DNA of 64,000 bases from Camelus dromedarius (lineage: Eukaryota), in the NCBI RefSeq assembly GCF_036321535.1, contig NC_087438.1:7256001-7320000 (forward strand). The letters run 5' to 3'. The translations under genes were made by a program, and so were the position numbers. The notes beneath the pieces are model-generated. The model was not told where the DNA came from, ran no database searches, and was given only the letters and a program-made list of their open reading frames with translations. Shown piece by piece: positions 54,301 to 64,000 of this stretch (its first letter is position 1; the number at the start of each line of letters is the position of its first letter).

Positions 54301-57300
54301 TATGTTCACAGTTATAAGCACAAGGTTTTCTCCTGCAGATCTTTTCCTTCTACTGAATTCCCTCTATAGGTTACTAGTAAGTTGCATAATCAGAAACCTT
54401 GAAGGTCATCTGTGTCACCTCAGGCTCTTTGCTCTCTGTGGTCTCCGAGTCCCACTGATCTGACCTCTGGAGCCCTTGCTCGTGGCTCACATTGAGGTGA
54501 ACGGTGGCTCTCACCTTAACCTCAGCTGCCTCCCATCTGGTTTCCCTGCTTTGAACTCTCTACACTAATTTCATTCTCAACACTGTGGCCACGATGACCT
54601 TCAAAAGCATGAGTCTCATTGTTCAGACCTCTCTGGTGAACCTCCTTTTGTTGGTTCCTCTGTGGCCTTTAAAACTCAACCCAGCTCCGCACGTAGTTCA
54701 CAGGGCTCCTCTTCACTGTGATTGTCTCCGGTTCCACTGCGCCCCTTGCCGCACCCCGTTTCATACAGGATGAGTTCATTTAGGCACCACCAGTCCCCTC
54801 TACTTATGGAAGGACATGTTTTCATTTCACTGTTGTTCTGTATACACTTAAGAGTTTTCCTTCTTTGGTTTTACAGGTGTTACTGCGGAAATGCAAAACT
54901 TGGTCCACCGGCGGATCTACCCATTTTTACTGATGGTCGTGGTACTGATGGGAATCCTGTCCTTTCAGGTCCGCCAGTTTAAGCGCCTTTATGAACATAT
55001 TAAAAATGACAAGTAAGTCTGGACTTCTCCTCATCTGGCTGCTCTTGTTAAGATATCTTATTTCTTAATTTTTGTGTCTAAAGTAATAAATCACAGGAGG
55101 GAAAAGTGCTCAGATTCTGGGTATGTTTTGAGGTAAATAGATTTGCTAACAGGTTGGATGTAGGATGTGAACAAGGATTATCAAGGGCTTGGCTGTGTCA
55201 GGCAGCTGGCAATATGAGTTGTCATTTATGGAGATGAAAAAGACTGGGAAAAACTAGGGAAGAAGAATTTTTAATATCCATTCCAAATAATTTTCAGTCT
55301 GTTTTCGAATGTTTTGTTTTGACAGTATATTAGTTCTAGGTAAAAACAAGAAGGCTGCATTAGGAATTAGTGGCGCCTGCCTTCTTGCAAGCCCTTCTTA
55401 CAACCAAGGGCCATAGGCTCACTCTGACCATTGCCCAGAGAGGCTGCAAAGTTACTGCAGAGGTGTCATGGTGCCCCTGTTCTGAGGAAACTGCTGCCTG
55501 ACCTCAGGGAGAAATTGAGAACAGCCAAAGAGAGCACCTTCTGGGGATAACAGCCATTTGACTCTCCATGTCCTGATGGGGGGCTGGATCCTCTTCTGCT
55601 TTAGATGGTGTCTCACAGAGAAAGGAAGTTGTGACCATCCATCCTGGTTTGCCCAGGAGAGCCCCAGTGTACGCATGCCTCCTTCCTGTCACTGTTAACA
55701 GCGCCCCCTTTTACCCCTGAGTGCCGGCTTTGGACAACGAATTACATGGTCACCTTGTTTACTCTGAGGACTCCAAAGAGTAGTATTTTTGAGAATGAAA
55801 TTTAAGAGTGTTCAGGGCTTCTCTAGCACTTGTACTGATGGTAATAAACACTGGAACACTTAGTCAGAGTGCTGAGTTCTGTCAACCATGAAAGAATGGG
55901 GAGGAGGATTTCAGTTGTTTTGGCGCAGCAGTAAATACTGCAATAATGCAAAAGAGACACACCCTCAGCAGCTTCCTGAAGCCCAATATGCTCTGTTTCC
56001 CCATCTCTGTCTTCCTGCAGAAAACGGTTGAACTGCAGGCTCCATCAAGGGTCTGTCTTGCTTGCCCCTGGCTGTCCACTCTCTCACAGTGCTTGATCGC
56101 CAGGAGGCACCGAGTGTGCATGTGTGTGGGGTGGGGGGCACGAGAAGGGGCTAGGGAATAGAGCTAGGTGTGAGTAGAGTCTCCTTTTTCTGCCACTGAG
56201 TTACTTCTTGGTCCTGGGCAAGTTTACTTTGCTTTTCTCTCTACACTTGATATTTTGATATGGTTTGTGATTGTGTGTGTGTGTGAAAGTAGTGCCAAGT
56301 GTATTATGTCAGATACTGCTGAGTAGTCATTGTTCAAAACATTTACAGAATTCTCACACTTTGAAAAAACACTGGTTGATTGGAGAACAGTAGGGTAAGG
56401 AACAGTTCTCTTCAGGAATAGAATCAGGAAGACAAAAAGAAAAGGGATTAAACAGTGGGATCATGGATGTAGAAGCGGTAGGATTAGTGGAATGTTTTTA
56501 AAAGGTGAGATGTTAAGCTACTTGGCATAAACTGCCAAAGCAACCTCATTAGGCTTTTATGTGTTGACAGAAAAGTGATAGCTGAGAGGCAGGGTAGAGA
56601 ACATCATGGTGAAAAATGAAAGTTGGCACACCGAGCCCTCAGCACTTGCCAGGCCTTTGTTACCAAAGCTTTGGCGTGTCTTCTGCTTCCGAGAGCAGTC
56701 GCAGGACACAGGGCTGCAGTTCTCATCATACTGTTGAGCAACCCGCGTCTCAGAGCCCTCAGCTCCCTGGCAGCCCTTTCACGTGCTGGCTTCACTCTCT
56801 CCTCTCACGCAGATGTGTAAAGTCTTACTGGGCACTCCTTGATCTGCATTGCTGGGTCCCAGTGCCTACGTGTACCCCAGCCCCTTCCAGTTTGTTGGCA
56901 TCATTTTTGTTACCCACTGTCCTCCAGGCCATTCCCCTGAAGTTAGGGATTCACATCACTGCTTCTCCTTCCCCACTCCTGCTATCATCATGGGGATGAG
57001 GATCCTGGTGGGGGGGCCTCCAGCCTTGTCTCTGTTTATACAGTCCCATGCCTTTTGCCATAACCTCCCTGTAACCATATCACTTAAGTTTGGAAATGTG
57101 GAAATGCAGAACTTGGTCCACCGGCTGATCTACCTATCAACTTATTAATACTCTTGCTTGGACCATAACCACCTACCCTCTGTCAGCTGCTCGCACTCAC
57201 TGACTTCTCTGCCATCTCCCTTTGATCCCCGTGAAACCTTGTCCTTTGATTCCTCCTTTTCTCCAGAACTGGAGCTCTTCAGGATTTCCTCTCCTCCCTG

Positions 57301-57838
57301 CCCAGCTTCCTAGTTATCATATTTCCAGTCCATTTCTTCAGCCCTGTCCACTAAGCTGTTTTATAAAACATGATCCACACAGATAAATCCCTTAAATAAG
57401 TTGATACTACCTTAGCCTCACTCTGGCCTCTGAGTGCCCGAGTTTCTGGGAGCCCCTGACCTGTGCCCAGAGCCCGCAGTGCGGCTACCGCACTGCATCT
57501 GGGGCCTCCTGACTGCCGCTGCTCTCCTGTCTTCCCGTAAACCGCACCTTGCTGTGCGGAGCCTGCTTCTGTGCCTTTTGCAGGTGTTCATTCTAGACTC
57601 CTTTCTACCTACGGAACTATTAAAGGGTTTTAAGTGGGAGTGAAGTGATTTAATTTACATTGTAAAAAATGTACTGCTGGCTACTCTTAGGAAGAATGTT
57701 TAAGTAAGATCATGTCAGAGAGTAACCACCCTGTCTCTCCAACCCAGGTACCTTGTGGGCCAGCGCCTCGTGAACTATGAACGGAAGTCTGGCAAACAGG
57801 GCACGTCTCCGCCACCTCCACAGTCGTCCCAAGAATAA
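9293..57838 (+). CDS. MARCHF6: MARCHF6 E3 ubiquitin ligase, spliced CDS of exons 2-26 (exon 1 lies upstream of the window)
   Basis: 25 exons with GT-AG boundaries and consistent phases translate to [10 protein letters not shown]...PPPPQSSQE*, matching MARCHF6/TEB4. Total is 2714 nt, which with ~19 nt from exon 1 gives 910 aa. Confidence 0.98.
10161..10234 (+). CDS. MARCHF6: exon 3, C-terminal half of the RING-CH domain
   Basis: ttgcag|CTTAGTT...CCAA|gtaagt; [24 protein letters not shown]. Confidence 0.97.
11780..12565 (-). mobile_element. MER21-like solo LTR
   Basis: The reverse complement begins ..ATATTGTGATTTATAAGAAATATATATTTGGTCTTTGTCC..CAGCTCCTAAAACCCT, matching the MER21 5' end as I recall it. 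Confidence 0.75.
13048..13181 (-). mobile_element. tRNA-derived SINE (camelid Vic-1-like)
   Basis: Reverse complement GGGGAGGGTACAGCTCAGTGGTAGAGTGCA..GAGGTCCGGGGTTCAATCCCCAGTACCTCC plus an A-rich tail; A and B boxes present. Confidence 0.85.
13329..13472 (+). CDS. MARCHF6: exon 4
   Basis: ttatag|TTTATTCC...GCAT|gtgagt; [15 protein letters not shown]...GVVPLTA. Confidence 0.97.
15451..15523 (+). CDS. MARCHF6: exon 5
   Basis: tggtag|GCCGT...TCCAC|gtgagt; [23 protein letters not shown]. Confidence 0.96.
17945..18375. mobile_element. MLT1-like MaLR LTR fossil
   Basis: TAGTGGCTTAAAACAACAGCCATTTTATTT..GGGCTGGGCTCAGCTG..CCCAGATTCAAGG. Confidence 0.7.
19490..19658 (+). CDS. MARCHF6: exon 6
   Basis: aaatag|GGACAAT...AATGAG|gtaact; [14 protein letters not shown]...GHHQNE. 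Confidence 0.97.
21136..21325 (+). CDS. MARCHF6: exon 7, acidic low-complexity loop
   Basis: atttag|GCTCCC...CAGG|gtaacg; [10 protein letters not shown]...[13 protein letters not shown]...NGAQ. Confidence 0.96.
22788..22849 (+). CDS. MARCHF6: exon 8
   Basis: ttgcag|ACGAC...GAAAGA|gtgagt; [20 protein letters not shown]. Confidence 0.96.
23454..23486 (+). CDS. MARCHF6: exon 9 (33 nt)
   Basis: ttttag|ATGCTA...TTTCTA|gtaagt; [11 protein letters not shown]. Confidence 0.95.
25619..25670 (+). CDS. MARCHF6: exon 10
   Basis: ctttag|GAACAT...TTTG|gtaagt; [17 protein letters not shown]. Confidence 0.96.
28125..28265 (-). mobile_element. L1 3' end fragment (artiodactyl-type) inside older L1 debris
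   Basis: TTTAAAGGTTACTGTCCATTTACAGTTGTTA..TGGCTCTATTCCCCGTG. Confidence 0.65.
29410..29468 (+). CDS. MARCHF6: exon 11
   Basis: ttttag|CATTT...GAACAC|gtgagt; [19 protein letters not shown]. Confidence 0.96.
29761..30138 (+). mobile_element. L1 ORF2 C-terminal fragment flanked by a 17-bp TSD
   Basis: Translates [61 protein letters not shown](C/T)AGGCTGATTTTT at 29744-29760 and 30139-30155. Confidence 0.9.
31137..31217 (+). CDS. MARCHF6: exon 12
   Basis: ttctag|GTCCAG...TGTCAT|gtatcctt; [27 protein letters not shown]. Confidence 0.96.
31218..31477 (+). other. U12-type (minor spliceosome) GT-AG intron
   Basis: The 5' splice site is GTATCCTTT. The branch site TTCCTTGAC (31457-31465) has its A 13 nt before the end of the 3' AG, and there is no polypyrimidine tract. 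Confidence 0.93.
31478..31546 (+). CDS. MARCHF6: exon 13
   Basis: ctgtag|GGCTTG...GTTAAG|gtaatt; [23 protein letters not shown]. Confidence 0.96.
31632..31706 (+). CDS. MARCHF6: exon 14
   Basis: ttaaag|GTTTCT...TCCCTG|gtgagt; [25 protein letters not shown]. Confidence 0.96.
32540..32674 (+). CDS. MARCHF6: exon 15
   Basis: atttag|GAAATG...AGAGAG|gtgagt; [11 protein letters not shown]...FILLLRE. Confidence 0.97.
34508..34627 (+). CDS. MARCHF6: exon 16
   Basis: ttgcag|GTACTT...TCAGTG|gtaagc; [24 protein letters not shown]...FILSV. Confidence 0.97.
35385..35485 (+). CDS. MARCHF6: exon 17
   Basis: ctgcag|ATCGTC...TATAG|gtaagt; [14 protein letters not shown]...YNVMLY. Confidence 0.97.
36540..37900. 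mobile_element. L2 LINE fossil
   Basis: TTCATTGAGCAAAACTGAGGGC..CCAGGCAC, CCTGGAAGGATGGAGTTGCCATTTACTAAGATG and GAGGAGCAGGATTT are typical L2 3' region motifs. Confidence 0.7.
37993..38130 (+). CDS. MARCHF6: exon 18
   Basis: tttcag|TGATGCT...CTGCT|gtaagt; [15 protein letters not shown]...TAGYL. Confidence 0.97.
38639..38923 (+). mobile_element. internally deleted Tigger1-like transposon
   Basis: TA|CAGGCATAC..AAATTGAAGGTTTGTGGTAACCCTGCA..GATGCCTG|TA, with TIRs and TA duplication. Confidence 0.85.
39413..39617 (+). CDS. MARCHF6: exon 19
   Basis: atgcag|GGATCTT...CTCAGG|gtaggt; [15 protein letters not shown]...PLHFPLR. Confidence 0.97.
40740..41145. mobile_element. MER3-like hAT fossil interrupted by an L1 3' end (40820-41009)
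   Basis: AAGTGCTCAGTGGCCGCATGTG..CATCACAGAAAGTTCTAATCGGACAGCACTG; the insert is flanked by AACACAGTTT direct repeats. Confidence 0.65.
41505..41574 (+). CDS. MARCHF6: exon 20
   Basis: ttgcag|ATATTT...CCAG|gtatga; [23 protein letters not shown]. Confidence 0.96.
43290..43500. mobile_element. MIR SINE fossil
   Basis: TGTGTGACCTTGG..GGGCAAG..TTCAAAATGGAAATAG..CAGGGTTGTTGGGAGGATTAA..GCTTGGCACAG, the MIR core. Confidence 0.7.
44291..44472 (+). CDS. MARCHF6: exon 21
   Basis: tttcag|TATTTGCT...CTCATG|gtaggt; [15 protein letters not shown]...KEWSLM. Confidence 0.97.
46132..46266 (+). CDS. MARCHF6: exon 22
   Basis: taatag|ATAATG...TGGCAG|gtaagt; [11 protein letters not shown]...FYPWQ. Confidence 0.97.
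47351..47485 (+). mobile_element. tRNA-derived SINE (camelid Vic-1-like)
   Basis: GGGGTGCAGCTCAGTGGTGGAGCGCATGCTTAGCATGCCCGAGGTCCTGGGTTCAGTCCCC plus an A-rich tail, flanked by AGCATAT repeats. Confidence 0.88.
47705..48230. mobile_element. MLT1-like MaLR LTR fossil
   Basis: TGGCTTAAAACAAACATTTG..CACAGAGTCTGTGGGTCAGAAATT..GGAAGGGGACATAGACCCC. Confidence 0.7.
48420..48948 (+). mobile_element. MER67-like ERV1 solo LTR
   Basis: CACAGAACATCATCATTACACAAGGCCACTCTG..CCACAAAAATGACCAAACA..CTGGTGGTCTTGACA; 5' boundary uncertain. Confidence 0.65.
50866..50971 (+). mobile_element. tRNA-derived SINE (camelid Vic-1-like) with 13-bp TSD
   Basis: TAGCTCAGTGGTAGAGAGCATGCTTAGCATGCATGAGGTCCTGGGTTCAATCCCC plus an A tail; TSD AAGAATAGATTTA at 50853-50865 and 50972-50984. 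Confidence 0.9.
51697..51786 (+). CDS. MARCHF6: exon 23
   Basis: ccctag|GACTGG...GAGCAG|gtaagc; [30 protein letters not shown]. Confidence 0.97.
53804..53936 (+). CDS. MARCHF6: exon 24
   Basis: tttcag|GTTTAC...CTAG|gtgggt; [13 protein letters not shown]...GVVPLL. Confidence 0.97.
54877..55012 (+). CDS. MARCHF6: exon 25
   Basis: ttacag|GTGTTACT...GACAA|gtaagt; [16 protein letters not shown]...EHIKND. Confidence 0.97.
57748..57838 (+). CDS. MARCHF6: exon 26, coding part (C-terminus and TAA stop)
   Basis: acccag|GTACCTT...[35 protein letters not shown]. Confidence 0.97.
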
Positions 57839-60800
57839 AGCGGTGTCTCGGCTGCCTTGACCTTCCCCTTGCCTTCACGTGTCCTTTTTTGTGGACTTCT
57901 CTCTTTGGAGATTTTCCCAGTGATCTCTCAGCATTGTTTTAAGTTAAATGTGTTTGACTTGCGTTCCCAGCATTCAGAGAGCAGCAGTACCAGGGCTGCT
58001 GCCCCTCCTGCGTCTCCTGACATCACTGCTGTCTGAGGTCTGTATATGTGTAAATAGAAGTTTCTGGATACCCTGAAACCTGGGATTAAACAGAATGTGC
58101 ATTGTACATCTTTAAACAAAATGTATATTAATTTATTAAATCTAGTTGTCACTTTATTTTGGACCTGCTGTGATCTTGACAGGAAATGTGCCACAGAGCC
58201 ATAGGGCAGAGGCAAGACTTACATGACGTCTTTTGGAACACAGTGTCACGGTGTTCTTAGCAGTTCTTATTAAGTAAACTGTACATTCTGTCTCTCTTGG
58301 CTGTTCAGACCTTACCAAGGACGTAAAAGGAAACAAGTAGAAGTCAGCAGCGGAGTGTCTGTGGTAAGAAAACACGAGCTTGGGCTTCACTGTCAGTCGT
58401 TTATGGAGGTTGTTCTGTGTAACACCAAAGCTGTTGTACATTTTCTACTGCCTGATTTTTTTTCATGTGTCTGTGTTTGTAATATTGTATAGTATCTTGT
58501 GCTAGGTGAGGAAATTATTTTTAATTTTGATAATTTAATATTCCTAGTGATCAGCATTGGGAATTAGGTTTTTGTGCTTGTTAGGGGCATGTCTGTACTT
58601 AGAGGAAAAAAAAGTCCAAAAGAAGATTTTTCTTTAGGTCCCCCAGCCCCGTTTTTTCCACACACAGCTGTCTTTCATGCAAGATCATTAATCTTGAATA
58701 ACTCCATCAGTGATACTGCATCTGCCTGGAATAGGGATGTACTGAAATGTTTGTTAATTGTAGATGAGGTTTGTGATCTTAGATTGACAGCATTAGAGAA
58801 GACTGGTTAGAACCCCTGGTCCTGCTGGTTTGTGTATCATTAGGTGAGGATTAGTGCAGTGCATTCTCCAAAGGTTCCAAAGCTTTTTGTTTACAGAATA
58901 AAACTACAAATAAAACCAACTTGATTTTATTTGACCAGAAGGAAGCTGGCTGAGCTGGCCTTTTTACATAGGAGTACAGAATGTATTTCATTGGAAACAT
59001 GCTGTAAAATCTTAGAAAACTAAACACTTACAAACTTGGTTTTCTCTTATAACCAGAGCTTCAAATTAGAAGTGTAGGGGAATAGAATGGGCATGTGATC
59101 TGAGTGTTTAATGGTACTGGTATGTTGTAAGGGTAGTGTTTGCTTTTGAGTGATAATTTAGAAGTTCTCAGAAAAAAAGGGACAGCATAGGTCTTAAGAA
59201 ACCATAAAGGAATTTCCATATAGTATTAAAACCCTTAGGCTTAAATCTAGGGATTTTTAAAATACAAGAGTCAGTCAAGCATAAGCTACCAAAATCAAAA
59301 GCAACGTGTTCTAGTTGCTTTATATTTCAACAATTTTTTCTAAAGTGGTAAGCGATTACTTTAAAACATATTTTAAAACACCAGTATCAAAAAAAAAGTC
59401 TGATACAGGATTCAGTGTTACAGGTTTTGGCACTTTGTAGTGCCCCTTTCTCATATTTGAAATAAGGTCTTTGCTAGCCCTACCTTTACTTAGAAATTTA
59501 GTCCTATTGTAAAAATTAGGAGCATTTTAAACATAATGCCACCTGTCATGGCGTATGTCTATATAAATTGTTCTCCTTGGGAGAAAAATGTTACCAAATT
59601 GGGCATCTAAATTGATTATGTCAATTTAAGTTTTTTTTTAATTTTTCAGAGAATTTGTAGATCTTGATATAAAGTCATTGAAACACATTTATCTGTTTTA
59701 CCAGAAAGAGATCTAAGCAGATACCACAAAAGATTAAAAATTGTTATTCTACAAAATTTTAAATGAATCTTACCAGATATTTTATAAAAAAAAAAAAAAA
59801 ATGGCCAAAAAGTTGCCCTCCATTTCACTGGCAGATAACTGTATCTTGTCTTAAGGATTTCCCCTGGTTTTCCAGTTGTACTTTGTCCTGTTGTTTTCAG
59901 TAAGGTGAATACTTTCATAAGGAAAGCATTTGCTGGCATACTATTTACTTGGGTAGCATCGAGGTTTTATTATTAACCAGTAGTCTTATAAATATTTAAA
60001 ATCTCTAGTTCAGAAAGTGCTAGTATTGCTGCCCTTCTTCATGTAGAATTTTTAAAAAATAATAGTGTAGCTTTGCTTCATGTTACATTGGGCTAAAACT
60101 GTCTTCAAGGAAGTAAGTTAGGAAAAAAGACCTTTTTGCTTTATTTTTACTGTTTATAAATTGAAGACAAATCAACATTTGGGGTTAGTTTTACATGACC
60201 AGTTATCAAATGGTCATAGTATGAAGTGTGCAGTTGTGCATTACTAGCAAATTATGTTTGATTTTTAAACTATTAAGTACTAATAGTTGAGATGAAAACT
60301 GAAGAAAATGCCAATGTGAAGTTTGTCTATAGCTAGCCTTAAAAAAGTTCCGTGTTTTTAGGTAATTTTTTTCCTGTTTTCTGGAGAAACAATGGAGATT
60401 GGACATCTCAATTCCAGATGTAAATGAAAAGTAATTTTTATTTCAACATTTAATATAACTGTTATTACTGTGGATTCTTGTCTTGTGTTTTTTCTTTCCC
60501 TTGTTCAAATAATAGAGAATAACTTTTTCTCAAATGATTTGATCTTAGATATCATTTCTGTATTGTCAAAATGCTACTCTTAAAGTGTAATTGTTGAATT
60601 TAGGTTGAATTGATGACCTTTTTAAAACAAAACAAATAAGAACCTGGACATTTTTACATTGTATTGTGTTTGCAAACACACACACTCCACTCCCTCCCTC
60701 CCTCACGCACTGTGGAGAAGGTAGCACCAGTCAGGAACGTGGGCACTTTTTTGAACATTGCAAGTGAGCTGCTTATTCTTTTTCAGGACTGCGCTCTCTA

Positions 60801-61405
60801 CTTAACTGTGATGTTTTTTATATTGTAAAATTAAATGGTTATGTTTAAAGTACCCCTTCAGAATGTCACCTGTTCAGTCGCTGCCAAGAGGAAAACAAAT
60901 GTTTTCCCACTAAAGTGTTATTAGAGGCCTCATGTGTAGAGATTGTCTAATTTTCTTGTATTTCCTTCATTTATTTGCCTTTTAGTTGGATGTTTTCCTT
61001 TCAATGCGTTACCGCCTTTTGTCATTTTTAGAACAGCCATCAGGAGTAAGGGTTTCTTTCAGATAATCCCCAACAATATCTTTGGCATTTAATACAACAT
61101 AAAGGTAAGACAGGATACATGTTTTCATTCCCATCTATTTTGTTTGAGTGCTTCATTCTGTAGTCGTGAAATTAATATAGTACCTTAACTGAAAATGTAA
61201 TGACCATAAGGCCTAGAAATGACCGTTGTAGAAGCTAAAAAAATAGAACACTTACTTAGTTAGATGTCAGTTTTCTAAGCACCTTAGATACCCAGACCAA
61301 CCTCATGTGTATATATTCTGAAGTGCTCCCTTTTTTATGTGGTCGTTTGTTTCTTTCCGAGTTGAGAGAAAAAAATTGAATAAAAATGTTAGTTGTAGCC
61401 TAGTT
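57839..61405 (+). other. MARCHF6: MARCHF6 3' UTR (3' end approximate; it may extend further)
   Basis: AU-rich, repeat-poor sequence after the stop codon, with AATAAA at 58897, 58909 and 61379. Confidence 0.65.
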
Positions 61406-61430
61406 TTTTTTTGGTTGTTTATTTTTGCTT
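61379..61430 (+). terminator. candidate polyadenylation signal with downstream U/GU-rich element
   Basis: AATAAA at 61379-61384, followed ~20 nt later by TTTTTTTTTGGTTGTTTATTTTTG. Confidence 0.55.
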
Positions 61431-62724
61431 TGTTGCAAGATTGCTTCAGAATTACAGAAATGTGCATTATTAGCTGGCATAGGTAGATAATCCAGATTGT
61501 CAAAAAAATAATAATTATATAAGAAAAAGAACTCAAGTTACATATGATTATAGCCCCTCTGTTCTAAGTATGCATTTGAAAGTGCAGTTGCAGAAGACAC
61601 ACCATCCCCCTCCCTCCATCCGCTGTGCCTGGAGACCGTCCTCACTGAGCAGAGTGAGACCTGTCATCCTGTGCCACAGGCGAGGTGCCACCCACCTCTG
61701 CGCCTCCACTGTGCGGTCCGAGTGTCAGGCTTCACCGGGTTGTCTCTTAGATGGAGACTTGGTTAGGGTAAAACCAATCAAGCCCATTTTACATGCTGAT
61801 CATACACATGTGTCAGAGAAAAAGGAGAGGCTCGTGTGAGATTTTTTCTTCCTGAGTGCCCTTTGTGAAGAGGTCTTTTGTTTCTGATTTTTCTTTGTTT
61901 CTAGGTTCAACACTTTCTTCTATGATTTTTAAAACATCAAGTGCTATCTTATTTCTTTTAAATGCAGTGGTGGTAGGCGAAATGCTGTTTGAACCTAGAG
62001 CGTTTGTAATCTGTGAAGTTGAAATTTTACAGCAAAGGGAATTGTACAGTGAATCTCAGAAAGTGGTCATTAATTCCCTCCGCCCGCTGTGCAGTGTGCA
62101 GCCGCTCTTGCAGACAGAACCAACATGACAAGTGAAATAGGGCTCTGAGGAGGTAGCATTCCCCCATCCACCCCGTTTTTGTTTTGTTTTGTGTGTTGTT
62201 TCTAGCGCTGTACTTAGTACTGTAGTTGAGCGAAGTACGGGGTCTGCCTTCAGGGAGCCCAGTTAGAATGGAAAAGAACAGGATAATGAGCCAAAGATGC
62301 TATTGTAGGTAGGGATAAAATGCCACGAGGAACACAGAGAAAGGATCCACCTGTGGAGTCTGTGATGACCTGGCTGTATCCTTGATTACTGTTTTGTATA
62401 TGTCGTCACCCCTCGTCCCACATCCCACATGTCCTCTGTCACCCCCTGCAGTCTGCTTCTGCCAGTCCCATGTGGCACTAAAACTTCTTATGTCAACAGT
62501 CAGTAACCTGGTGAGGCCCCTTTCTATAGCACTTCACGTTGTTTAATCATCATCTTTATGAAATTTCTTCCTTTACATAAGTAACAGTGCACTGTCTTTC
62601 TGCTTTTCCATGTTTGTTTAGTAACTTTTCTTAAGGACAAGAAGCTTTATATCTGGGAACCCCATTCATTCCCTCCTTTGTTCTTTGCTTATCTGGATCA
62701 GTCCCTTCTGCTAGCTGCACAGAT

Positions 62725-64000
62725 TCATTGGTTTGATGGAGCAGAATAGACAGTCCAGAAATAGACCTACACATACATGGAGAGCTGCCTTTTCACAGAG
62801 GTGCAGAAGTCCAATAAATGGTGCTGGAATAATTGAACATCCAGATGCAAGATTAAAAATTGATCCGTATCTCAAATTGGCAAAAATTAACTCAAAATGG
62901 ACTGTAGTCCTAAATGTAAGATCCATAACTATATATGAAGAAGACAAAGCGGAAAATAATCCTGGGTTACAACCCCTAAAGCACCATCCATAGAAGAAGA
63001 ATTTGACGAATTGGGCTTTATCAATATTGAGAACATCTGCTCTTTGAAATACACGGTTTAGAAAACAAAAAGACAAGTCATGGAGTAGCAGAAAATGTTT
63101 ACAAAACATTTCTGATAAAGGAAACGCATTTGAAGTAAAGGAGTCTCTAAACTTGGTAGTAGGAAAACCTATTTGCCTATTTTAAAAAAATGGGCAAAAT
63201 ATTTAAATGTACTTCACTGCAAAGGATCAATAGACGGCAAGTAAACACATGAGAAAATGTTCAACATAATTAGCCATAAAGAAAATGCACATGAAAACTA
63301 CAGTGAGATGACCACTACACGTATATTAGAATGGCTAAAATTAAAAATACCATACGTACCATGTGATGGTGAGGACCTGGAGGGACTGGAACGCTCATAA
63401 CCTGCTGGAGGGAATGTAAAGTGGTACAGCTACGGGAGAGAGTTGGGCAGTTCTTTAAAGGGTAAAACACGTACTTACCACTATCGGTTATTTACCAAAA
63501 GAAAAGAAGGTTTAAGTCCTTATGAGGACTTAGACATGAGTGTTCAAAGTAGCTTTATTTGTAATAACCCAAAGCTGGAAACAACCCACGTGCTCATCAA
63601 CAGGTGAATGGATAAATGATTATCCATACAGTGGGATGTTGCTCAGCAACAAAAAGGAAATCACTATTGGTATATGCAACATGAACAAATCTCAAAATGA
63701 TTATGCTGGGTGAAAGTATACTAAAAATGTACAGTATGCTTTCCTTTATATAAAATTCTAGAAAATACAAAGTAACCTACGGAAGTCTAGAAAGCAGATC
63801 AGTGCGGGTGGGGCTTGGCAAGGAGGGACTCGGAGGGGTTTCAAAGGCACATAAACGGGGGGGGGGGGCGGAAGGATGCATGTGTGTGATGGACGCGTTC
63901 ACCATCTTGACGGTGTTCTGGTTTGACATGTATATACATCCCAGAACTTACAGAATTGTAGAGTTTATACTCGTGCAATTCATGCATGTTAATTACACCT
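62725..64000 (+). mobile_element. old L1M ORF2 3' end and 3' UTR
   Basis: AATAGACAGTCCAGAAATAGACC, AAAATTAACTCAAAATGGA, AAAAAATGGGCAAAATATTT, GGAATGTAAAGTGGTACAGC and CATCAACAGGTGAATGGATAAA occur in L1 order. Confidence 0.85.

Noticed and set aside
1..64000. CRISPR arrays, operons or other prokaryotic-type systems
   Set aside because: The sequence is intron-rich mammalian DNA with no repeat-spacer arrays and no long uninterrupted ORFs.

Overview
This is mammalian genomic DNA, most likely camelid, judging from three tRNA-derived SINEs that resemble the Vic-1 family. Almost the whole window is the + strand gene MARCHF6 (MARCH6/TEB4), an ER-membrane RING-CH E3 ubiquitin ligase and the Doa10 orthologue. 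I traced 25 coding exons (exons 2-26, 9293-57838) by hand. They sum to 2714 nt, which gives 910 aa plus stop once the ~19 coding nt of exon 1 (outside the window) are added. A long 3' UTR follows. Intron 1 contains a full-length antisense RPS15A processed pseudogene and a heavily decayed near-complete 18S rRNA copy with GC-rich flanks that may be 5'ETS and ITS1. Intron 12 is a GT-AG U12 (minor spliceosome) intron. A 38-nt copy of exon 25 lies in intron 25. The rest is ordinary repeat debris (L1, L2, MIR, MaLR/ERV LTRs, Tigger/hAT). I found no convincing new multi-gene system. The best leads are the rDNA relic, the exon-fragment copy, the U12 intron and a candidate poison micro-exon. Repeat family names and comparisons with human sequence come from memory of consensus sequences, not from searches.
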